A stretch of DNA of 32,000 nt. Origin: Nitrosopumilus maritimus SCM1 (lineage in GTDB: Archaea > Thermoproteota > Nitrososphaeria > Nitrososphaerales > Nitrosopumilaceae). The stretch is taken from NCBI RefSeq assembly GCF_000018465.1, contig NC_010085.1:840001-872000 (forward strand), given 5' to 3'. Below the pieces are notes generated by a model that saw only the letters and a program-made list of their open reading frames with translations, did not search any database and was not told where the DNA came from. Position numbers and translations under genes: made by a program. This document shows positions 16,416-25,576 of the stretch, piece after piece; position 1 is the stretch's first letter, and each line of letters starts with the position of its first letter.

Positions 16416-17327
16416 ATGATTACAGAACTTGTACATCAAAAGAGTTGTAAAAAAAACAAGATTGTAACTGATCTGAATACAGGAGAGATTGCATGCACGA
16501 ATTGCGGTGCAGTACTCTCTGAAAGAGTAGTTGACAGTGGTCCAGAAAGTCTAGGGATGACTGGAGAAGAATATCAAACCAACAGTAGAGTTGGAAGAAA
16601 AATTTCATTAAAAATGATAGACATGGGATTATCAACCATTATTGAGGCTAAAGACAAAGATGCAACAGGAAAAGGGCTATCAAATGAGAACAAGAGAATG
16701 TTTTATCGCCTAAGAATGTGGGATAGAAATAGTCGTTCTGCAAGTACCGCCAAATCATTTCAAAAGGCATTCACCATGCTTGATGGAATCAGTGCTAAAC
16801 TAGGACTTCCAGAGCCAGTAATAGAACAAACTGCATATCTATTTAGAAAAATTGCTGCAAAAAAGATTCTTGCAGGAAGATCTACAGCAGGGATTCTTTG
16901 TGCAGCAATTTACATCACATGCAGAATGACAAATACACCAAGAACTTTACAAGATGTGGCAAATGCTGGAAATGTAAATAAAAAAAACATTCAAAGAACA
17001 TACAGATTTCTTGCAAGAGAATTAGACATTACACCAGAAATTTATCATCCAACAGAATTTGTAACACGAATTGCAAAGGCAGTAGACATCTCTGAGAAAA
17101 CAGAAAGATTGGCATTTAGAATTTTAGATCTTTCTGCAAGAAACGGAGTATTAGAAAGTAAAAATCCAATGGCAATGGCTGCTGCTGCAACATATCTCGC
17201 ATCAGTAAAAAACGATGAAAGAATTTCTCAGTTAAAAATTTCCAAAGTCTCTGGCATTAGTGCAGTTACAATCAGAGATAGAACAAAAGAAATTTTGAAA
17301 AAGATAGGAGGTGAAATTAATGGGTAG
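16416..17327 (+). CDS. tfb: Transcription initiation factor IIB (TFB) paralog with altered zinc ribbon
   Basis: Two cyclin-like repeats (MWDRNSRSASTAKSFQKAF..., FVTRIAKAVDISEKTERLAFRIL...). ATG 16416 is preferred over GTG 16338 because the interval encodes the upstream zinc-ribbon ORF. Confidence 0.9.
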   Translation: MITELVHQKSCKKNKIVTDLNTGEIACTNCGAVLSERVVDSGPESLGMTGEEYQTNSRVGRKISLKMIDMGLSTIIEAKDKDATGKGLSNENKRMFYRLRMWDRNSRSASTAKSFQKAFTMLDGISAKLGLPEPVIEQTAYLFRKIAAKKILAGRSTAGILCAAIYITCRMTNTPRTLQDVANAGNVNKKNIQRTYRFLARELDITPEIYHPTEFVTRIAKAVDISEKTERLAFRILDLSARNGVLESKNPMAMAAAATYLASVKNDERISQLKISKVSGISAVTIRDRTKEILKKIGGEING

Positions 17328-17502
17328 GACATGTAGGGGAATTTGTGAAATGCATCAAGCAATACCAGTTCCAAATAAAATTAGATATGAGATTGGACAA
17401 AAAAGATGTACATTTTGTGGCATATTCATGTCAACATGTGATGCAAGATGTATGTGTTGTAAAGCAGTACTTAGAACAAAACCAAGGAGTAAGAAAAAGT
17501 AG
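17320..17502 (+). CDS. Small cysteine-rich (zinc-binding) protein
   Basis: MGRTCRGICEMHQAIPVPNKIRYEIGQKRCTFCGIFMSTCDARCMCCKAVLRTKPRSKKK. ATG 17320 overlaps the 3' end of tfb. Confidence 0.75.
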   Translation: MGRTCRGICEMHQAIPVPNKIRYEIGQKRCTFCGIFMSTCDARCMCCKAVLRTKPRSKKK

Positions 17503-18714
17503 TTACTTTTTTGCAGCACTAACTAGAGATACAACATCTCTATCTCGTAGTTGGTAATCCACAGGCAATCTAAGATTATATCTCAAATCCTTACCATACA
17601 AAAGACCCTTTGTTAGGTCAGTGTGAATCTCTTTTGCAAGATCATTAATGGTAGCACCATCCTTTAGTAAAATCAAGTCAGGAAGAATTCTTCCTTTCTT
17701 ATCAGCAAGTTTTGTTTCATCAGCAACAGGGTATATTGAATTCATTTTGAGTAATTTGAATACTGCAACGTTAATGGCAAATTGAACTCCAGTACGCATG
17801 TATTCACCCATGATTCCTTTTTTGATAAAATCCAAAGCGTTGATTTGCTTTTCATTTAGTTCATCAGATTTGAGGATGTCAAATTGTTCAGAGCCAGGCG
17901 AATATTTTATCAGTCCTTTTTGTTCTGCACGTCTTAGACTAAATTCACTATCACCACTAGCAGGTATCACAATAGAATCATTGTAGCGTTCCCTTAGCCT
18001 AGCAAAATTCTTGTCTGCACCATCTACATCAATTTTATTTGCGACAATCAGTGTGGGTTTTGAAATTTTTCTTAAATGACTTGCAAACTTTTTGCTGTCA
18101 ACCATATCAAAATCATCAAAGTTTTTCTCTTCAAGACCAGTTGCAACAAGAGATTCCTTGACATGAAATTTGTTTACACCAATTCCACGATAAAGATCAG
18201 TTACAGTATCAACAAATTCAGAGCCAGAATTAATTAACTTGGATACTTTTTCTCTATTTCCTTCAAGAATTTTATGATACCACATTATCAATTCTTCTTC
18301 AATATCTGCAAAGTCAGATATTGGATCACCTGTTCCAACCTCAGTAATTTTTCCAGTAGAGTCTATACCACCTGATGCATCAACCACATGTAACAATGCA
18401 TCAGATTGTGCTGCAATTGAAAGAAATTGATTTCCCAATCCTTTTCCTTTCCAGGCATCTTTGATCAATCCAGGAAGATCAATTAGTTCAATTGGAATGT
18501 ATCTCCAACCATCAACACATTTGGAATTATTAGGATTATCTTGAATTTTGAATTCAGGATGTACACAAAGTGTGATTGCATTTGCAATTCCAGACACAGG
18601 TGATTTTGTAGTGAATGGATAAGATGAGATTTCTTCTGAAGACAAAGTTGCAGAGTTGAAGAAAGTAGTTTTGCCAGTGTTGGTTTTACCAATTAATCCA
18701 AGTTTGATTGGCAT
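17503..18714 (-). CDS. ychF: Redox-regulated ATPase / Obg-family GTPase YchF-like
   Basis: LIGKTNTGKTTFFNSATLS, YPFTTKSPV, DLPGLIKDAWKGKGLGNQFL, NKIDVDGADK, C-terminal TGS-like region. Confidence 0.92.
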   Translation of the reverse strand: MPIKLGLIGKTNTGKTTFFNSATLSSEEISSYPFTTKSPVSGIANAITLCVHPEFKIQDNPNNSKCVDGWRYIPIELIDLPGLIKDAWKGKGLGNQFLSIAAQSDALLHVVDASGGIDSTGKITEVGTGDPISDFADIEEELIMWYHKILEGNREKVSKLINSGSEFVDTVTDLYRGIGVNKFHVKESLVATGLEEKNFDDFDMVDSKKFASHLRKISKPTLIVANKIDVDGADKNFARLRERYNDSIVIPASGDSEFSLRRAEQKGLIKYSPGSEQFDILKSDELNEKQINALDFIKKGIMGEYMRTGVQFAINVAVFKLLKMNSIYPVADETKLADKKGRILPDLILLKDGATINDLAKEIHTDLTKGLLYGKDLRYNLRLPVDYQLRDRDVVSLVSAAKK

Positions 18715-18748
18715 GAATGGATTTTCATTTGAGAATATTTATCTCTGC

Positions 18749-19114
18749 CTAGGAATCAGCATTGGTTTTGTTTTTGATTTTTTCAAGTGACTCTATTAGT
18801 TCTTTGATTGCCCACTCTATATCAGCCACATCTTCATCAGATAGTGAACCCTTCCATTTTTCTAAAACACTGGTTGCAATCTCTGAGGAATTGTACAATA
18901 AATTCCAGTATGGGTGGTGCTCAGCAGTAGTATAGGATAATTCAGTAACATCGTTTAGGCCGTTTTGTGCCCTTGCCAAAGAAGTGATTTTTTCGCCAAA
19001 TATTTTTACAATGTCATTATCAAGATCTTTTTCAATTTTTAGTGGAATGTTTTTTGTTTCATATTTTTTTGCCAAATCAAGTAAATCATGATAGAAGCCC
19101 TCAAAATTTTCCAT
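18749..19114 (-). CDS. Hypothetical protein
   Basis: 121 aa alpha-helical, acidic ORF; tightly packed with the next gene (1 nt gap). Confidence 0.65.
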   Translation of the reverse strand: MENFEGFYHDLLDLAKKYETKNIPLKIEKDLDNDIVKIFGEKITSLARAQNGLNDVTELSYTTAEHHPYWNLLYNSSEIATSVLEKWKGSLSDEDVADIEWAIKELIESLEKIKNKTNADS

Positions 19115-19115
19115 A

Positions 19116-19526
19116 TCAACATAGCCTCTGATGTTCAGCTAGCATACATCGGTTGAATACAACGGTGATTCCTGCGTTTCTAGCTAGTTCTTCAGCTTCA
19201 GCATTGTGTATTCCTTCTTGAAGCCATATTACTTTGGGTTTTTTCTTTATTGCTTCTTGAACAAATGGCAAGACTTCATCAGAAGGTCTAAAGACATCTA
19301 CAATGTCAACATCCTCATCAATATCAGATACAGAGTCATAGCATTTTTTTCCTAAAATTTCATCAGCAGAAGGATTTACAGGGGTTATATCAAATCCATT
19401 TTCAGAGAGATATCTAGGCACGTAATGAGCAGCCTTTGAAGGGTTTTTTGACATTCCAATAACGGCTACTTTTTTCATAGACAAAATGTCTTGAATCTGT
19501 TTGTCAGTATGATCGTCTTGTTCCAC
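19116..19526 (-). CDS. CoA-binding-domain protein (YccU/CoA_binding_2-like)
   Basis: KKVAVIGMSKNPSKAAHYVPRYLSENGFDITPVNPSADEILGKKCYDSVSDI...VWLQEGIHN. Confidence 0.88.
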   Translation of the reverse strand: MEQDDHTDKQIQDILSMKKVAVIGMSKNPSKAAHYVPRYLSENGFDITPVNPSADEILGKKCYDSVSDIDEDVDIVDVFRPSDEVLPFVQEAIKKKPKVIWLQEGIHNAEAEELARNAGITVVFNRCMLAEHQRLC

Positions 19527-19606
19527 AACAAATCTACAATCATCATGAATATAATTTTTGAAAAATTACACAAAGAATTTTTTAGTGGGAGACAAAAACA
19601 AAACAC

Positions 19607-20128
19607 ATGGAAGAAGAGGCAAAGGACATTATTGTTTTAGGAGCAATCAGAAGAGGAGAGAGAAAATTTGATAAAATTCAAAGATCAACTCAAATCAAAC
19701 CTGAAGAGCTCAATGAAATTTTAGAAAAATTAGAAGAAAGAGGATTCATCAAGGTAGAAGAAAAGAAAGGGTGGCTAGGCAAAAAAATTGAATTGAGTGT
19801 TACAGAAAAAGGCTCAAACGAATTAGACCAAAGATTACACGAAGTTAAAGAAAAATGGAGTCAAATGCAAGCATTGTATCAAAGTGGAGATAAGAAAAAG
19901 CTTCAGGGATTCATGGATGACAACAGATCATTTTTTCCAATGATGATGTTTTTTGGTGTCATGGATATCATGATGTTTAGCATGATGTTTAGCATGATTG
20001 GAGCTAGTATGGGAGATTATGTCCCAGCTGAGAGTATGCCAGATGGTGCCGATGGAGGAATGGATGATGGCGGCATGGACGGCGGAGGCATGGATGATGG
20101 CGGTTTTGACATCGACATTGGTTTCTAG
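19607..20128 (+). CDS. Winged-helix regulator-like protein with Met-rich segment and Gly/Asp tail
   Basis: IIVLGAIRRGERKFDKIQRSTQIKPEELNEILEKLEERGFIKVEEKKG...VTEKG, then MMMFFGVMDIMMFSMMFSMIG and DGGMDDGGMDGGGMDDGGFDIDIGF. Confidence 0.75.
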   Translation: MEEEAKDIIVLGAIRRGERKFDKIQRSTQIKPEELNEILEKLEERGFIKVEEKKGWLGKKIELSVTEKGSNELDQRLHEVKEKWSQMQALYQSGDKKKLQGFMDDNRSFFPMMMFFGVMDIMMFSMMFSMIGASMGDYVPAESMPDGADGGMDDGGMDGGGMDDGGFDIDIGF

Positions 20129-20164
20129 TGTAAATTTTATACTTGAAACAAAAACAAACTACAA

Positions 20165-21172
20165 TTGATTTACAATTCGTTTGATAATCCAGGACTAGTC
20201 AAAGTTCTTACATTTTTGCAAACTCACAATACAGAATATCTTTCTGGACAAGATTTGAGTGATGTGTTAAGAATTAGCAGAGTTGCAGTATGGAAACATA
20301 TCAAAAAAATTCAAGAGTTAGGATATACAGTAGAGTCAAAACAAAAACTAGGATACAAATTAACAAAAAATTCGGATGCTTTACTTCCTTGGGAAATTAC
20401 TTCAGGTTTGAAAACAAAAACACTTGGTCAGCATGCATTTTACTTTGATTCAACTGATTCAACGCAAAATCAGGCATTAAAGATGGCAATAGAACCAGAA
20501 AACAATGGTGCGATAATAGTAGCAGAAAAACAAACTGGTGGGAGAGGGAGATCTGGTAGAAAATGGGTTTCGCCAAAAGGAGGGATATGGTTTTCTATCA
20601 TATTACATCCAAGATTTGACATATCAATAACAACATTATTTCCAATTGCATCGGCATTAGCATTATCAATTGCACTTGAAAAGACATTCAAGATTTCTCC
20701 AGAACTAAAATGGCCAAATGACATTACAATCAAAGGTAAAAAATTAGCAGGGATGCTAGTTGATGTATCATTAGAATCAAACAAAATTGAGAATCTAGTG
20801 TTGGGTGTAGGGATTAATTTTGATGTAGATGTGAAACAGATTGAGAAAAATCTCAAAGGAACACCAAATTTTTACGGAGTTGCATCACTTAATGAGAAAA
20901 AAATAAAAATCAGACCAGTAGAATTGGTCCAATCGTTTTTGGTAGAATTAGAAAAAATTTACAAATTGCTAGATACAAAACAAACAAAAAAAATCATTTC
21001 AGAATGGACAAAAAGGTCATCAACGATTGGAAAAAATGTAAAACTAAACACAGTTGATGGGGAAATTAAGGGAAAAGCAATTAGGATTGATGACGATGGA
21101 GCACTGGTTGTATCTGACAACAAGGATACAAACAGAGTGATAGCAGGAGATATTATTCACGTATCAAAATAG
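20165..21172 (+). CDS. birA: Biotin-[acetyl-CoA-carboxylase] ligase
   Basis: N-terminal HTH, then AEKQTGGRGRSGRKWVSPKGGIWFSIIL...LKWPNDITIKGKKLAGMLVD. Confidence 0.95.
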   Translation: MIYNSFDNPGLVKVLTFLQTHNTEYLSGQDLSDVLRISRVAVWKHIKKIQELGYTVESKQKLGYKLTKNSDALLPWEITSGLKTKTLGQHAFYFDSTDSTQNQALKMAIEPENNGAIIVAEKQTGGRGRSGRKWVSPKGGIWFSIILHPRFDISITTLFPIASALALSIALEKTFKISPELKWPNDITIKGKKLAGMLVDVSLESNKIENLVLGVGINFDVDVKQIEKNLKGTPNFYGVASLNEKKIKIRPVELVQSFLVELEKIYKLLDTKQTKKIISEWTKRSSTIGKNVKLNTVDGEIKGKAIRIDDDGALVVSDNKDTNRVIAGDIIHVSK

Positions 21173-21535
21173 TTATTTTTTTGTAGTTTTTGTTTTTCGT
21201 TTTGTAGAAATTCGTTTTGCAGGAGTTCGTTTTGGTTTTGAAAGTAGAGAGGATTGTTCCTTTACAATTTCTTTAAGATCATTTTGTATTTCAAACACCG
21301 TAGAAAGCAATTCTTCTAATGCATCAGAATATTTTTGATATATTGCAAGAAGTTCAGTTTGTTTAAGATTTGTTTTTTGAAGATATTCATTAGATCTTAT
21401 GAGATTTGCAGTCTCAACTAGTTCAGGAATATCAGATACAGGATCGCTTAGTTGTGCTAAATCTGCTTCTGCCTGTTGTATTTTTTTGCGTAGATCATAA
21501 ATGATGTTGCCAACTCCAACTTTTTCCAATATCAA
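21173..21535 (-). CDS. Coiled-coil hypothetical protein with Lys-rich tail
   Basis: 120 aa; heptad-like N-terminal part and KPKRTPAKRISTKRKTKTTKK tail. Confidence 0.65.
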   Translation of the reverse strand: MILEKVGVGNIIYDLRKKIQQAEADLAQLSDPVSDIPELVETANLIRSNEYLQKTNLKQTELLAIYQKYSDALEELLSTVFEIQNDLKEIVKEQSSLLSKPKRTPAKRISTKRKTKTTKK

Positions 21536-21645
21536 AAGACATATCCCGAATAAATTAAAGATTTTCCAAGGTTAGAAAAACAATAGAATTAACATGCGTA
21601 CAAATTAGTAGAAAATAGAAATAAACCACGAATCTGTCATTAAAC

Positions 21646-23085
21646 ATGCTAAGTAATTTTAAAAAAATTTCTTGTCTTTTAGCAATTATCATACTTTGTA
21701 CACAAAGTTTTACAGGAATTTCGTTTGCTCAAATTAATCAAGAACCTGAAGTGATGTTTAATCAAGCAACAGAATTGTTTCACAATGGCGAGTACAAGGA
21801 AGCAATATCAATTTATGATGACATACTAGAGATTGCGCCAAACAACATTTCCACATTAAAAATGAAAGGAATAGCTCAGAGTAATCAAGGGGATCATAAA
21901 AAATCGCTAGAACAATTCTTTACAGTTTTACAACACCGACCAAATGATGTCATATCATTAGCTGGAATGGGTGTAGGGTTAGGATATTTAGGTGAATATC
22001 AAGAGGCAACATCATATTTTGAAAAGGCACTCAAAGAAAAGCCAAATAGCATAGTCATACAAAATTACATGGAATTTATCAATAATGTAATTACGAAATA
22101 TCCATACACACCTACAGAAAAGCCTGATGGGTTAGACGGAAAAACAACCGCATCCATTCCAGATTGGGTAAAACCGATAGCAAAATGGTGGTCAACAAAT
22201 AGTATTGATGATGCAGAGTTTGTTTCAGCATTAATGTTTATGATTAATAATAAAATTATTGAAATTCCTCCAGTCGAGACACAAGAAGTTTCTGAAGAAA
22301 AAATCCCAGAGTGGATAAAGAACAATGCAGGGTGGTGGGCAGATGGAGAAATTGACGATGATGCATTTGTTCAAGGAATACAATACATGATAGAAAAAGG
22401 ATTAATCATAATCAAAGTTGAAGAAGCAACACAAAAAACACAAGAGGAGTTAGATCATGAATTTTATCTGTTTGAAAGATATCTAAGAGACATTTCAAAC
22501 AACATATCAAAAGAAAAGCGTTACATAGAATTTCCAAACCCTAGTCAAGATGTAATCAAAAAATTTCTCAGAGATTATGTAAAATGGAATTTTGAAGAAG
22601 AAGTAAAGAAAGCATCTAGTAAATTCCCAGATCCCACATACGAAATTATTGATGACACATACATTGTATATTACAAAGTGTACATTAATGAGCAACCCTC
22701 TGGATTGCCACTAGATCACGTCAGCACATTAACTGACTCATTTGCATTTTGGGAACAACAAGAATTGTCAGTTAATAATCAAAAATTAAAAATAAAATTC
22801 GAGGTAACAAACTTGAAGCATGAAGCAAATGTTTGGGTAACATGGGTAGTTCGAAACCTTGGTGAAGGGGTTTTAGGACATGCACATCTTGGTAAAGGAA
22901 TTGTCGAAGTAGCATTAGGTGATTTCAATTGTGATGGAAGTTTTCAATTGTATGATGTAGATAGTGTAAGAACAATCATGACACATGAGTTAGGTCATTC
23001 TATAGGTTTGAAACATGTCGAGGATAGAACAAGTATAATGTATCCATCATTCAATCCTTCATACGCATATTGTTTGCTAAGTTAA
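21646..23085 (+). CDS. Secreted TPR / WVKNNAGWW-repeat / matrixin-type zinc metallopeptidase
   Basis: Signal peptide, TPR units (EAISIYDDILEIAPNNISTLKMKG...), IPEWIKNNAGWWADGEID module, HELGHSIGLKHVEDRTSIMYPS (HExxHxxGxxH plus Met-turn). Confidence 0.88.
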   Translation: MLSNFKKISCLLAIIILCTQSFTGISFAQINQEPEVMFNQATELFHNGEYKEAISIYDDILEIAPNNISTLKMKGIAQSNQGDHKKSLEQFFTVLQHRPNDVISLAGMGVGLGYLGEYQEATSYFEKALKEKPNSIVIQNYMEFINNVITKYPYTPTEKPDGLDGKTTASIPDWVKPIAKWWSTNSIDDAEFVSALMFMINNKIIEIPPVETQEVSEEKIPEWIKNNAGWWADGEIDDDAFVQGIQYMIEKGLIIIKVEEATQKTQEELDHEFYLFERYLRDISNNISKEKRYIEFPNPSQDVIKKFLRDYVKWNFEEEVKKASSKFPDPTYEIIDDTYIVYYKVYINEQPSGLPLDHVSTLTDSFAFWEQQELSVNNQKLKIKFEVTNLKHEANVWVTWVVRNLGEGVLGHAHLGKGIVEVALGDFNCDGSFQLYDVDSVRTIMTHELGHSIGLKHVEDRTSIMYPSFNPSYAYCLLS

Positions 23086-23157
23086 TTTTCAAAATTTTTC
23101 AAAAAAAATCTCAGTTAGCTTAACCTACACACAAATAACCGGTAGAAATTAGGTAAA

Positions 23158-24105
23158 ATGGATAATAAGGCAATTGCTGAAATCCAAGTAATTATGCTTA
23201 GAAATCAAATGGTCACAGGATCAAAATGTCCAGCCTGTGGCGATAAGAAAATGATTACAGATGAGAACACCGGAGAATTATTTTGTGGAAAATGTGGATT
23301 TGTAGTATCAGATAAAATTGCAGACACAGGTGCTGAATGGCGTTCTTTCTCAAATGATGAAGGAAACAAAGCCAGAACAGGTGCAGGAACATCACTTACA
23401 ATGCATGATATGGGATTATCAACAGTAATTGGTGCAGCCAACAAAGATTCAACAGGAAAACCACTATCTGCAAGTGTCAAAAGTTCAATTGAAAGACTAC
23501 GAACTTGGGACAGTAGAAGTCAAGCACATTCTTCAGCAGACAGAAATCTGAGACAAGCACTCAATGAAATGGACAAACTAAAAGACAAACTTGCATTAAC
23601 TGATGCAGTAATTGAAAAAGCAGCTTACATTTACAGAAAAGCAATGGAGAAGAAACTAGTCAGAGGTCGTTCAATTCAAGGATTAGTTGCAGCATGTCTT
23701 TATGCATCTTGTAGAAATACAGAAACTCCAAGAACACTAGATGATGTTGCAAAAGGAATCAACATTAGAAGAAAAGATGTTGCCAGATGTTATAGATTAA
23801 TTTTCAGAGAACTAGAACTAAAAATGCCAGTAGTTGATCCTGTAAAAGGAGTTTCAAGAATTGCAAGCATTGCAGAGCTTAGTGAGAAAAGTAAACGTAA
23901 AGCAATTGCAATTCTTAATGAAGCAAAGAAGATGGGAGTAGTGGCAGGAAAAGATCCAATGGGAATAGCTGCTGCAGCACTTTATCTTGCATGTATCAGT
24001 ACAGGAGAGGTAAAATCTCAAAAGGACATATCCATAGCATCTGGAGTAACTGAGGTTACTATCAGAAACAGATGTGCAGGATTAAGAAAGATGATTAACG
24101 ATTAA
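23158..24105 (+). CDS. tfb: Transcription initiation factor IIB (TFB), canonical zinc ribbon
   Basis: KCPACGDKKMITDENTGELFCGKCGFVVSDKIAD and two cyclin-fold repeats. Confidence 0.96.
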   Translation: MDNKAIAEIQVIMLRNQMVTGSKCPACGDKKMITDENTGELFCGKCGFVVSDKIADTGAEWRSFSNDEGNKARTGAGTSLTMHDMGLSTVIGAANKDSTGKPLSASVKSSIERLRTWDSRSQAHSSADRNLRQALNEMDKLKDKLALTDAVIEKAAYIYRKAMEKKLVRGRSIQGLVAACLYASCRNTETPRTLDDVAKGINIRRKDVARCYRLIFRELELKMPVVDPVKGVSRIASIAELSEKSKRKAIAILNEAKKMGVVAGKDPMGIAAAALYLACISTGEVKSQKDISIASGVTEVTIRNRCAGLRKMIND

Positions 24106-24107
24106 AA

Positions 24108-24515
24108 TCATTTCTGAGAACGTTCAAACTCTAATTTATCCCAAGGAAACACTACATATGCATTGTTGTTTGTTTTTTTACCATACAGTAATTGTTTAGG
24201 ATATTTTTGCCCACGTCTTGCAAATAATGTTACAAAGACTAGTTTTGATGGAATGTCAACTAGTTGGATAATTTCATTAAACGTATCTCCAGTGTCGTAA
24301 ATATCATCAACAAACAAAGAATTTGAATCAATTTTTCTTTTATCTACAAAGATTTTCTTTATTCCAAGATTGTCTGCAATCAAACGCGCAGGGACCAATC
24401 CACCTCTACTAACAGTAGTGATACTAGAAAAGGTTCTAGGTAATTTTGCGATTTTGTTTGAGAGTCTTTTAACAATAGATTCTATTTCAGACCAATCTAC
24501 ATCCTGAGACAACAT
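24108..24515 (-). CDS. Phosphoribosyltransferase-family protein
   Basis: SRGGLVPARLIADNLGIKKIFVD...LFVDDIYDTGDTFNEII. Confidence 0.85.
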   Translation of the reverse strand: MLSQDVDWSEIESIVKRLSNKIAKLPRTFSSITTVSRGGLVPARLIADNLGIKKIFVDKRKIDSNSLFVDDIYDTGDTFNEIIQLVDIPSKLVFVTLFARRGQKYPKQLLYGKKTNNNAYVVFPWDKLEFERSQK

Positions 24516-24551
24516 AGTAAAACCAGAATGAGTCGAATTAAGTTGTTATGT

Positions 24552-24944
24552 TTAGAAGGTCTTCATTGGAGAATTTTTCAATGGTTCAATAAGTTTGAGA
24601 ATCTTAAATGGGATTTTTCCAAAGTTGATGTCTTTTTCACAAGAGACTAGTAAAACATCATCATTGGATAATGGAAAACTCATGACGATTACCTTATCAC
24701 GATAAGACATTGAGAAATGAACTACACCAAATTCTTTATCAAATTCATGTCTCATTCGAACACGTAATGCCAATTCCATAAACATCATTTCATCTTGTTT
24801 TTGTGCCTCAAGGGACAACAATCCCTCCTTCATGCCACCTGCCATCAAATGACCTCTACTGTTGATGAGCCTAGCAGAACGCATCTTTGGGTCCAATTTA
24901 GTTATCTTTTTGCAGAGTTTCTCAAGTTCTTCGATGTTTCCCAT
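24552..24944 (-). CDS. Conserved thaumarchaeal hypothetical (DUF6659-like)
   Basis: SARLINSRGHLMAGGMKEGL...DKVIVMSFPLSNDDVLLVSCEKDIN. Paralogous to the ORF at 29170..29577. Confidence 0.7.
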   Translation of the reverse strand: MGNIEELEKLCKKITKLDPKMRSARLINSRGHLMAGGMKEGLLSLEAQKQDEMMFMELALRVRMRHEFDKEFGVVHFSMSYRDKVIVMSFPLSNDDVLLVSCEKDINFGKIPFKILKLIEPLKNSPMKTF

Positions 24945-24997
24945 TTGTTTAATTTTACAAGCGAACTATTTATTGCGATCTGTTTCAATAGGTGTCT

Positions 24998-25576
24998 ATG
25001 CAATCAGAATCAGGTAAAGACATTACAGATTACTACAAGCATCTTTCACTATTCTGGACAGATATTGTACATTTAATGTCAAGTAAACCACAGGCATTAG
25101 CATCAATTGGTCCAATGAGAGCATTTGCAGCTAATTCAAAGAAGATATCAACTGAACTCATTGAAATCAACGAAGATTTGATGGAGTTTAACAAACACCT
25201 AACTGAATACTATAAACAACTTACAGACACTTGGATAGATTCACAGAAAAAAGTCAATCTAAAAGCACCTGAAATTCCTCAAGATATTGAACAAATAGAG
25301 GCAGTCAAAAGAATTTGGATTGACATATTTGATAATGATTTTACAGAATTATTTGACTCTGAAAAATTTGGAGAAAATTATGGAAAATTAGTTTCAAAAG
25401 AATTAGAATTAACAAAGCATTGGAACAATATTGCAAATGTAGTATTGCAATCAGTTAATCTTCCAAGCAAAGAAGAAATTGATGAAGTGTACAAAGAGAT
25501 GCATTCATTGAAAAAAAGAGTTGCAAAATTAGAATTAGAGTTAAAGAAAAAGGAGATGAAAAACAATGCAAAGTGA
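24998..25576 (+). CDS. phaE: Class III PHA synthase subunit PhaE
   Basis: ORF from GTG 24992 or ATG 24998. YYKHLSLFWTDIV and a C-terminal IPSKEEIDEVYKEMHSLKKRVAKLE pattern, directly upstream of and overlapping phaC. Confidence 0.85.
   Translation: MQSESGKDITDYYKHLSLFWTDIVHLMSSKPQALASIGPMRAFAANSKKISTELIEINEDLMEFNKHLTEYYKQLTDTWIDSQKKVNLKAPEIPQDIEQIEAVKRIWIDIFDNDFTELFDSEKFGENYGKLVSKELELTKHWNNIANVVLQSVNLPSKEEIDEVYKEMHSLKKRVAKLELELKKKEMKNNAK

Noticed and set aside
24795-25076. Plus-strand ORF overlapping the start of phaE
   Set aside because: Overlaps the DUF6659-like gene and phaE in another frame and has no domain pattern.
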